DNA of 56,776 nt, taken from Escherichia phage Seurat. A program made the translations under genes and the position numbers. Shown piece by piece: positions 45,750 through 53,155 of this stretch (position 1 is the first letter of the stretch; each line of letters opens with the position of its first letter). The notes under the pieces are model-generated. The model saw only the letters and a program-made list of their open reading frames with translations, was not told the origin of the DNA and did not search any database. Location: the sequence record NC_027378.1; one strand, 5' to 3'.

Positions 45750-45810
45750 AGCTCCTCCTTTGTCCGCACACTATACACAGATAAGAGGAGCCATTGCAAC
45801 CAAATTTGCA

Positions 45811-46593
45811 TTATTGGGCAGCAAAGTTTGCGTACTCCATAACGCATTCATATACCTCTTCAGGAGTGCGACCTTCCCGTAGATTTATCATCCATTCGTC
45901 CAATTGTCCAAGGCGTTGCTGAGCCTTCGTGATGTCATGAAATGCTTGCCATGGAAAAAAGTTTCCCCCAGCTAGTGCAACCTCTATGCCCGTAGCGGCG
46001 TTGCCATATGCCTTGAGCTTGCAAACAGGCCAACGTCCACGATTATCCCAAATTGCTGGTTCCACATTTTTATCCGGCCGCGAATACCATCTATTTTTAA
46101 GAGATGTGATTTCTTTTTCCGTTAACTGCTCACCCTTCGCACGCTCATTCTTGGCAAGCCAAACTTTAAACGCAGACTCATTATTTTTATCCTTTGTTTG
46201 GCAAACCTTAAAAGCATTCTCATATGGTGCTTCCGGTCCAAACCGTTTGTAGTAGTCAAACTTGCCGCGGAACTTTGCAACTTCTTTAGTTGTAAGTTCA
46301 CGGTTTTCTTTTTCCTTTATTTGTTCGCGCACCCATACCATAAACTTATCACGCTCAGGGTTTTCTTTTTTTGCAGCAGCTTTTCCGTGTTTAACTTTAG
46401 ACTTCACATCTTGTGCGCTATCAAAATAATCCTCAACCATCTTAAGAGCCTGCTCTTTAGTTACCTTTCCGCGGATACGGGAACACGCTTGCACGACCCA
46501 GGCTGCGAAGCACAAATCCTTAACCACATTGGGGTGAGTGCTGGTCGGCTGTTCCTCCACCACCGCGTTATTGTTAGTCAGCTCTGTATTCAT
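45811..46593 (-). CDS. hypothetical protein adjacent to the iteron region
   Basis: Track start is TTG at 46653; reset to the ATG at 46593 (RBS GGAGG); Lys-rich middle region. Confidence 0.5.
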   Translation of the reverse strand: MNTELTNNNAVVEEQPTSTHPNVVKDLCFAAWVVQACSRIRGKVTKEQALKMVEDYFDSAQDVKSKVKHGKAAAKKENPERDKFMVWVREQIKEKENRELTTKEVAKFRGKFDYYKRFGPEAPYENAFKVCQTKDKNNESAFKVWLAKNERAKGEQLTEKEITSLKNRWYSRPDKNVEPAIWDNRGRWPVCKLKAYGNAATGIEVALAGGNFFPWQAFHDITKAQQRLGQLDEWMINLREGRTPEEVYECVMEYANFAAQ

Positions 46594-46603
46594 ATAGCCT
46601 CCG

Positions 46604-46885
46604 ATAGGGTATTGCCTTAACCCTATGGTAAGACCCTCCCTATTAAATTGCAAGAGTTATTGTAAAACAATAGGTATAGGGTGCAATACAGGGTTCATAT
46701 AGGGTAACCCTATAAACACCCTATAAAATACCCTCCCTATGCAGCTTTCTAAATTTATAGTTTTAGTTTACCCCTTGCGCCCCCGCAGAAAAACTAAAGA
46801 TAGGGGTACTAGGGTAAACATTGGCAAATACCCTATACCCTACTCCCTATACTATGATTCTAAAAAATTTGGAGTATACCCCTAT
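46604..46885. repeat. iteron-like array of CCCTAT/ATAGGG hexamers (at least 12 copies, both orientations)
   Basis: Includes the palindrome TATAGGGTAACCCTATA near 46698-46714; about 0.14 copies expected by chance in 280 bp. Confidence 0.7.
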
Positions 46886-47060
46886 AAACTTATAAACTTT
46901 CAGTCAACTAACTAAAATAAAACTAATTAAACTAATATTAATAATAACTATAAATATATATAAAATAAGGATTTATTATTAATGTATATAGTACCTATTG
47001 GTATTATTTGACGAGTTTATGGTCATTATATAAACTCTATAAATTTTCATAAACCTGAAC
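46886..47060. other. AT-rich tract (candidate DNA unwinding element)
   Basis: About 175 bp almost devoid of G/C immediately after the iteron array; no ORF. Confidence 0.55.
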
Positions 47061-47224
47061 GGATGCAGATCAAAAACGAGAAGTCAAGTGCTTTTGAGAG
47101 AAATTTATTGAACTATTGTGATCGGAAGGTATATCAAGCTATAATGCGCTTAATCGCGGGATATTGGAGGAGGACTTTATTGCGCGGTTAACCGGACCAG
47201 TAGGAGGGCTGGCCCGGAAGTAGT

Positions 47225-47551
47225 TTAGAGCTGTACAGGTGTGAAGTGGGCTAGCGTATCGTCGGACATAATACCCGACAGTTTTTCGTTTACCCAGTCG
47301 GACCAAATGCTATCCGGTTCCTGGCGGTGTACGAACCAGATCTCGGATGTGCCTTCTTTGCGCATTGGTTGCACTTCTGCAAGGAACTTGTCCTGCATAA
47401 GGCGGGTGAAGCATACGCTGGTCATTGGAACCGGCTTTTCGTCTTTATTGTAATAAGGGACCAATATTTTATTTCCGAAGTCGGCAACTTCATAAACTGT
47501 TCCTTTGCGTAGACCCCGGATGTCAGTGTAAGAGCGAATGAACGTTTTCAT
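47225..47551 (-). CDS. hypothetical protein
   Basis: 108 aa. Confidence 0.45.
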   Translation of the reverse strand: MKTFIRSYTDIRGLRKGTVYEVADFGNKILVPYYNKDEKPVPMTSVCFTRLMQDKFLAEVQPMRKEGTSEIWFVHRQEPDSIWSDWVNEKLSGIMSDDTLAHFTPVQL

Positions 47552-47553
47552 AT

Positions 47554-47730
47554 TTATTTCCTTACGAACACAGAGCCGACGAATAATGTTGATTGAGTAG
47601 CAGCTTGCTCGATTAATTCGCCAACAAGCTGGGACTGCGTCAGAGGCTTAAGGCCTACTTTGGCGCGAGCTTCATTTACACGACGTTGAAGGTCTTTTAG
47701 GTATTGAGTTGCGAAACTATCTAATTGCAT
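47554..47730 (-). CDS. small protein (58 aa), not in the ORF track
   Basis: MQLDSFATQYLKDLQRRVNEARAKVGL...; stop abuts the next start. Confidence 0.4.
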   Translation of the reverse strand: MQLDSFATQYLKDLQRRVNEARAKVGLKPLTQSQLVGELIEQAATQSTLFVGSVFVRK

Positions 47731-47785
47731 CTTCTTATCCTTAGGGCTCCCGCAGAAGCCCGTCAGTGAACAGTGTGGTTATAGA

Positions 47786-47899
47786 TTATGCCAGTGAGTA
47801 CCTTGCTTTTAATTTTTGGTTTGCTGCGATAATTTTACATACAGGTATAACAACCAGAAGATCATTATAGTCCAGCCAGAATTGAATGAGCGCCTGCAT
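47786..47899 (-). CDS. micro-protein (37 aa), not in the ORF track
   Basis: ATG preceded by GGAGGG; start overlaps the stop of the 47904 gene. Confidence 0.3.
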   Translation of the reverse strand: MQALIQFWLDYNDLLVVIPVCKIIAANQKLKARYSLA

Positions 47900-47903
47900 T
47901 TAA

Positions 47904-48518
47904 TTAACCCTCCAAGCCGTTATATTTGCGCCAGGCGTAGAACTGAATGGCTACCGTCGTCCCGTTGTAAGAAGGCATTGCAGCTTTCATTTCTTTCAGC
48001 TCCGGCGTGCGGCCCAGTTCCTTCAGAAGCTTGTCGCCCATTGCCCACACTTCGGCAGTTTTTCCTTTCAGGGGCTTGCGAGCGCCATTTTTGAAATCAC
48101 AGCGAGCAGCTTTTACATCCTGTTTTGGCGCGGCAGCTTTTGGCTCTTCAATTTTGATTTCAGAAACCTGCGTGGCAGCTTTTGCGTGTTTCATATCTTT
48201 CTCTTCCTCCTGCTCCAGAGCTTCGAGGCAGCTTTTGACGATTTCCGGATTTACCATCGGGCGCAGTACCGAGACGCTGGCAGCTGGCGCGGCGGTCGGT
48301 GCCGGGACTTTCTGCTCCGGCTGTTGCGCTTTTTCGTGATCGCGAAGCACCTGAAGCACTTCCTTTTCGACAATGTAAAAACCGATGTCGTCCTGATGAA
48401 TTAACTGTTCGTGTGCGTCGCGTGCAACCTGACCCCAACGGTTCTTCAGGGCGCGGCGTGCATTCGTTTTCATGGTGTAACGCATTTTGTCCTGTTCGCG
48501 GTGAGTTACTTTAGACAT
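47904..48518 (-). CDS. hypothetical early protein
   Basis: 204 aa. Confidence 0.45.
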   Translation of the reverse strand: MSKVTHREQDKMRYTMKTNARRALKNRWGQVARDAHEQLIHQDDIGFYIVEKEVLQVLRDHEKAQQPEQKVPAPTAAPAASVSVLRPMVNPEIVKSCLEALEQEEEKDMKHAKAATQVSEIKIEEPKAAAPKQDVKAARCDFKNGARKPLKGKTAEVWAMGDKLLKELGRTPELKEMKAAMPSYNGTTVAIQFYAWRKYNGLEG

Positions 48519-48604
48519 GGTATATTCCTTCTGTTAGATTGTTTAGTAGTCTTGCTAAGTTGTACTTATTATTGCCCACTAAGTTGAAGTAGGCAAGATA
48601 TAAA

Positions 48605-49108
48605 TCAGCTATTTCTGATATTCTTTAGAGCTTGTGTACAAAAGAAAACATCCAGCAAAACAAGTTTTCCGTCTTTTACCGCCACATTGCGGGGACTGAT
48701 TTCAAACCACATTTGCGGACCAATATTAGCGCAAGCATCCAAAGCTTCCAGGAGCACATCTTTAATGTCTTGAGCCAGGTCGCTATTACTGAAAGCATCA
48801 TATAGATAGCTATAGTTGTCATATGTGTTACGCGGCATCTCTAACCCTGCGCACAAGCTGCGGAGTTGTTTATAGAGTGCGTATTGCTCAGGTTGTAAAG
48901 AGCTTTTTAAGCTGCGGACACGAGGGTAATAATCCATTTCGTAGACACCTGTGTCTATCATTGTGACATGGGGAAATAATTCATGCTCAGGAAACCATCC
49001 CCACGCCATGCATTCTTTAATAGGGTCGCAAGATTTTAGAAGTACGCGACCTGAGTCTAGAAGGTATGCCTTGGTGAAAGCGCCCTTGCCAATTAGTTTA
49101 GTAGCCAT
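48605..49108 (-). CDS. small protein kinase-like protein (atypical)
   Basis: Start reset to MATKL... with RBS AAGGAG; Gly-rich loop IGKGAFTKAY, VLLK, EISPRNV catalytic-loop-like, LLDVF DFG-like. Confidence 0.4.
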   Translation of the reverse strand: MATKLIGKGAFTKAYLLDSGRVLLKSCDPIKECMAWGWFPEHELFPHVTMIDTGVYEMDYYPRVRSLKSSLQPEQYALYKQLRSLCAGLEMPRNTYDNYSYLYDAFSNSDLAQDIKDVLLEALDACANIGPQMWFEISPRNVAVKDGKLVLLDVFFCTQALKNIRNS

Positions 49109-49441
49109 GTTGTGCTCCTTAATGTGGTTAAGTAGTATTGCTTTGTTGAAGTAATAATAGCCTTGCATCGTGATATTGAATAGGCCAAAAGTGCTATTTT
49201 AGATCACTATTACATCTACAGCTTTGCAGTAACGCTACGCTAAAAATGCAAAGTCTTACGTTTGCTAAACATGTAGATTTTGTGCACATCACTCTTAGTA
49301 CGTATAACGTCTATTATGTTAAATAGCTAACCTATTGATTTATGGTATGCCCTACGTGCGGTTGGATGAATGTCGTGTCTAAGTCTTTGTTTTAAAAGGT
49401 GCTAAAAATTTGATGGTGGAAAACTGTAAAAGTACATGTCA

Positions 49442-49471
49442 TTAACTGACATAAAATGTTGTCAGTATAAA
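49442..49471 (+). promoter_or_regulatory. candidate rightward promoter with a palindromic operator in the spacer
   Basis: TTAACT-N18-TATAAA; spacer holds CTGACAT-aaa-ATGTTGTCAG. Confidence 0.3.
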
Positions 49472-49556
49472 TGCCACGTTTGGCCTAGACATAGATCAAG
49501 TCATGTCGTACTATATAGTCAAAGGAAAGATAAAGCCGAAAGGCGGAGGAAATAAA

Positions 49557-49706
49557 ATGAGAAAGTTTAAAGTCATGTGCTATGGTAACTACATTGGAGA
49601 CGTTAAAGCGCCGAACCGTGCGGATGCAGAAGGTTTCGTCCGCGCAGAGATGCAACTTGGAATTGCTGATTTTGCAGCTATTATTGAACTGGTAGAGGTA
49701 TTTTAA
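49557..49706 (+). CDS. hypothetical small protein
   Basis: Start reset to the ATG at 49557 with RBS GGAGG. Confidence 0.4.
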   Translation: MRKFKVMCYGNYIGDVKAPNRADAEGFVRAEMQLGIADFAAIIELVEVF

Positions 49707-49707
49707 T

Positions 49708-49851
49708 ATGACACGCAAATACAGGCTTACACGTGCACAGCACGCGTTATTATTGCAGGTTATGCGCATGGAGTACGAAGAGACTACATGGGCGCAAGCT
49801 ATGCAGACAGGGCGCGAGTTCTACGCGCAACTAATAGCACAAAATGCCTAG
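49708..49851 (+). CDS. small protein (47 aa), not in the ORF track
   Basis: TAATATG arrangement with the previous gene; RBS GAGG. Confidence 0.35.
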   Translation: MTRKYRLTRAQHALLLQVMRMEYEETTWAQAMQTGREFYAQLIAQNA

Positions 49852-49908
49852 ACAACATGATCGGTCTGGTGGATACTACACACATCAACCAAATAGTGGA
49901 GGTACAAA

Positions 49909-50094
49909 ATGTTAATCTTAATCATGATGGTCGTTGCGGTAGTGGGCCCACTGGTGGCACTGATTGTAACCGAAGTATGTGATGCTAAATGGGATCGCAA
50001 ATACAACGAAGTAATGGAACAGCGGTATGCAGAGCGCCGCGTAAGGAAATGGGAACAGCGCTATAACGCACACAGCGACACGCTAGCGAGCTAA
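49909..50094 (+). CDS. small membrane protein
   Basis: 61 aa; N-terminal TM helix; RBS GGAGG. Confidence 0.45.
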   Translation: MLILIMMVVAVVGPLVALIVTEVCDAKWDRKYNEVMEQRYAERRVRKWEQRYNAHSDTLAS

Positions 50095-50135
50095 TGTACA
50101 TAGGTAATGGTAATGCATTAGCTTGGGCGAAACAG

Positions 50136-50175
50136 GCGCACAGCGTCGCGCACAGCTCGCACAGCGCACACAGAC
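50136..50175. repeat. short tandem GC-rich repeat (GCGCACAGC units)
   Basis: GCGCACAGCGTC / GCGCACAGCTC / GCACAGCGCACACAG in a roughly 400-bp non-coding stretch. Confidence 0.55.
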
Positions 50176-50492
50176 CCACGCAGGCCCAGCCGCGCAACCC
50201 GACCCATCCTTTTCCAGGTACTTGGAGCGCTGGGGCGTGCCCTGTCCATCCTGATAGTAAGTCCACGCCTAAATCTCACCAATCACTTTACTATCCACCT
50301 ACATCCATGACCCCACCTACCTTCTTTTTGAATATATTGCGCTCATCCTTTCTAAATATATGGATTTTGGTAGTAAATTCTGAGTCGTCAACGTATAATT
50401 CGTCTTGTAGCTGCTCCATAGCTACCATCTTTAAGCGGATGCAACCAATTTCTATCAATTCTTACCAGTTTTAGAGCATCAAGGAGGTATTT

Positions 50493-50750
50493 ATGTGCGA
50501 CTCCAGTGCAAGCGCTACACCCAGCACCTCCAGCAATGTGGTTACAGAGGTAAATGCAATGCGATTAGGTCCATATCGCGGCTATTATGGTCGGGCAGCA
50601 TGGAATGACGCTACTCAACGTTTTGAAGGCTGGATTATCTGCCCGGAACGTGTTAAATTTCACTCCGTAAAAGAGAAAAATATCGTTCTTAATTTTCAAA
50701 AATGTGTCACTAAATATGTAGAGGAGCAAGAAGAATGTCTTATCAATTAG
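50493..50750 (+). CDS. hypothetical protein
   Basis: 85 aa; RBS AAGGAGG. Confidence 0.5.
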   Translation: MCDSSASATPSTSSNVVTEVNAMRLGPYRGYYGRAAWNDATQRFEGWIICPERVKFHSVKEKNIVLNFQKCVTKYVEEQEECLIN

Positions 50751-51097
50751 CTTTAGAAGCTGCCGGATGCGAAGTATTAGATTATGTTGAATACGGCTGC
50801 TATCAAGGTGAGTGGCTTGCATTGATCCGCAAGGACGGCGCTTTGGGAGTTTGCGAAGGGTCTTATGGTTCCTGCTCAGTTTGCGATGCATTTGAGGCTG
50901 AATTTGGTTATTTAGATGATGAGGAAGCGGATTACCAGAAACGTCTTGCAGATTTTGGAGAAGGTTACTTACCCGCAAATACTTTTGAAGAGATGATTGC
51001 TAAGCTTCAGAAGGATGTTGAAAACTATTCATACGATGACGATTATAAGTCAATGTTGAATACAGTTATTAACTGGCAAAAGCAATACGGGGTTTAA
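50735..51097 (+). CDS. highly acidic protein
   Basis: 120 aa rich in D/E/Y; RBS GAGGAG. Confidence 0.5.
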   Translation: MSYQLALEAAGCEVLDYVEYGCYQGEWLALIRKDGALGVCEGSYGSCSVCDAFEAEFGYLDDEEADYQKRLADFGEGYLPANTFEEMIAKLQKDVENYSYDDDYKSMLNTVINWQKQYGV

Positions 51098-51098
51098 G

Positions 51099-51338
51099 AT
51101 GCGTTTAAAGTATAAGCAAAAGATTGTAGAATACTTCGGGATGCAACTTGTTGTCCCTGAATGGGTTAAATGGCTTGCTGTCGATGGTGATGGGGAGCTG
51201 TACGGTTACGAATGCGAGCCTGATAACTTAGTTGATGAACCGTGGGACGAATGGTACACAGAAGAAGGTAAATGTTACCGCATTACAGAAGTAGTTCTTG
51301 AAGAACATTGGTCTGAAACCTTAGTGGAGCTTTTCTAA
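51099..51338 (+). CDS. small acidic protein, paralogous family member
   Basis: VPEWVKWLAVDGDGELYGYECEPD...EEHWSETLVEL. Confidence 0.5.
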   Translation: MRLKYKQKIVEYFGMQLVVPEWVKWLAVDGDGELYGYECEPDNLVDEPWDEWYTEEGKCYRITEVVLEEHWSETLVELF

Positions 51339-51339
51339 A

Positions 51340-51630
51340 ATGCACATAGAAGAACTTGTTGAAGGCAAAGAGTATCGTTTACTGACCGATATTGGTGGTG
51401 TTGGGTATACTCCGGATGATGCGGCTTGTTTTAACGTCCTTCCGCAAGGTGCTATCGTGACAGTTAACAAGGTCGTTACCGATTTATACAGTGTTCATGA
51501 CGGCAGATGGCCATATGCAGTTATTGTCACCTTCGGTAAAGATGGTTATGTGGACCTTGATGGCGAAGACGATACTTACGAAGTTGCGTATACAGGTCTG
51601 GTAAGTCCCAATTTCCTGGAAGAAGTATAA
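51340..51630 (+). CDS. hypothetical acidic protein
   Basis: 96 aa. Confidence 0.45.
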   Translation: MHIEELVEGKEYRLLTDIGGVGYTPDDAACFNVLPQGAIVTVNKVVTDLYSVHDGRWPYAVIVTFGKDGYVDLDGEDDTYEVAYTGLVSPNFLEEV

Positions 51631-51681
51631 TTATCAATCTATAATGGGCTCTACGGAGCCCTTAATTATCTGGAGGTTGTT

Positions 51682-51978
51682 ATGCTGTATTTAGGAATGG
51701 ACGAAACTGGACACGCGATTCCTTCCGTTAACAAGGAGACGCAAGTATTTACCGACTATTACGGGTCTGCTGTCCCTGTTGAGCCCTGGGCTAACTTTAT
51801 CGCTGTAGACGCAGACGGTAAAGTACATTGTTATGACGCCAAACCTTCTTGCTATGAATCTGGTAAGCAATGGATGCTTGGCGTATACGGTTTGCATGTT
51901 CGCTACTGCGGCGAAGTTGACATTGAAGGTGTGGACTGGCGCGATACGTTGAAGGAGATTAAAGATGTCCGCGGCTGA
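51682..51978 (+). CDS. small acidic protein, paralogous family member
   Basis: VEPWANFIAVDADGKVHCYDAKPS...GVDWRDTLKEI; RBS GGAGG. Confidence 0.5.
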   Translation: MLYLGMDETGHAIPSVNKETQVFTDYYGSAVPVEPWANFIAVDADGKVHCYDAKPSCYESGKQWMLGVYGLHVRYCGEVDIEGVDWRDTLKEIKDVRG

Positions 51979-52051
51979 AGTTACGACATTTATAATAGCT
52001 TTTGCTGTTGCTTTATTCCTTATAGCTAAGTTAGATTTAATGATGGGATAG
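51965..52051 (+). CDS. hydrophobic micro-protein (28 aa), not in the ORF track
   Basis: MSAAEVTTFIIAFAVALFLIAKLDLMMG; RBS AGGAG; overlaps the stop of the previous gene. Confidence 0.4.
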   Translation: MSAAEVTTFIIAFAVALFLIAKLDLMMG

Positions 52052-52054
52052 TTT

Positions 52055-52279
52055 ATGCGCTTACTCATGGTGTTAGGCGTTATACTTGCCGCTTTCGTTG
52101 TATTTGCAATTGTAGACTCTAAAGAAATGGAGCGGCAAAACTGCCAACGTACTGGTAACAGCCGGGATGATATTATTTGGCAATATATTTACGATGCAAA
52201 AGGTAATGTTATGTCAATGTATCCTCAGGTTATTACTGAGTATGAATATAAATGCAATGACCGTAACAGGTGGAGATAA
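52055..52279 (+). CDS. small membrane protein
   Basis: 74 aa; N-terminal TM helix. Confidence 0.45.
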   Translation: MRLLMVLGVILAAFVVFAIVDSKEMERQNCQRTGNSRDDIIWQYIYDAKGNVMSMYPQVITEYEYKCNDRNRWR

Positions 52280-52281
52280 TA

Positions 52282-52821
52282 ATGAGCTGTCAAAAATGTA
52301 ACGGAACGGGAATGGTTGATAGTGGTGGAGTTCAACCGTGGGGTGATCCTATTCTGGTGGAGTGCGATTGTTTATATCGTGAGCGCGATGCTTGGGAGCT
52401 GGATCAAGCTGGAGGTTATTACTCCCGCCATGTTATGGCAATGACATCCGAAGGTTTGCACAGCAAAGGTGATATTGCTGCGGAGCTGGGCTATCGTGAC
52501 ATGCGCATTGACCAGATAGAAGCTGAATGGCGTGCTCAGGAAGAACGTGCAGAAAATGCTGAGACGGATCTTGTCGACATGCGTGCTGCTGAGCACGCTC
52601 TATCCGATTCTTATATTCGTTTGCGTCAAATTGTTGGTGCAATGAATCCGCCTGGTGTGAGCAGCGAAGAGGTGTGGGCGCATACCGAGAAGAAGGCTCA
52701 AGAGTTGCGTGATCGCTGCGAAGCTCTGGAAGCTGTAGCAAAGGACTTCCTGCGTCGTAACGCTAACGGTCCTTTGTTCTATCGTGATTTGTATAACCGT
52801 TTTAAGGAGATTGTGAAATGA
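52282..52821 (+). CDS. zinc-finger protein (DnaJ-like CxxCxGxG motif)
   Basis: Track start is GTG at 52270; reset to the ATG at 52282; CQKCNGTG...ECDC. Confidence 0.5.
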   Translation: MSCQKCNGTGMVDSGGVQPWGDPILVECDCLYRERDAWELDQAGGYYSRHVMAMTSEGLHSKGDIAAELGYRDMRIDQIEAEWRAQEERAENAETDLVDMRAAEHALSDSYIRLRQIVGAMNPPGVSSEEVWAHTEKKAQELRDRCEALEAVAKDFLRRNANGPLFYRDLYNRFKEIVK

Positions 52822-53087
52822 TTACTGCTCAAGAAGCTCGTGAATTAAGCGATAAGCTGGATATTAGCGAAGATATTGAATTTATCAGTGACAGCATTCG
52901 TGTAGCTGCTACAAAGGGATACAATAAAGTATCACTGGTGACCAAATACGGCGCTGTTGGCAATCCTGACACTCAAGACCCAACCACTATGAAGATCGCT
53001 AAATGGTTAGCCGATTCTGGTTTTACGGTGCTATATTATCCTTCCATGGACCAACGTGATAACGAGCGTACTGAGGTAGCATGGTGA
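52818..53087 (+). CDS. hypothetical protein
   Basis: 89 aa. Confidence 0.45.
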   Translation: MITAQEARELSDKLDISEDIEFISDSIRVAATKGYNKVSLVTKYGAVGNPDTQDPTTMKIAKWLADSGFTVLYYPSMDQRDNERTEVAW

Positions 53088-53155
53088 TTGAAGAAAATAT
53101 CAAATATTGGAAAGGCTTTATTGACGAAATGTTGAAACCATTGGAGAAGAAATAA
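53081..53155 (+). CDS. translationally coupled micro-ORF (24 aa), not in the ORF track
   Basis: ATG overlaps the upstream stop (ATGGTGA) and its TAA overlaps the downstream ATG (TAATG). Confidence 0.35.
   Translation: MVIEENIKYWKGFIDEMLKPLEKK

Noticed and set aside
50094-50474. 126-aa plus-strand ORF and the overlapping minus ORF 49985-50266
   Set aside because: Translations are low-complexity (Ser/His/Pro/Thr runs or Ala/Cys/Leu runs), there is no RBS, and the DNA is a GC-rich repeat; treated as non-coding regulatory DNA.
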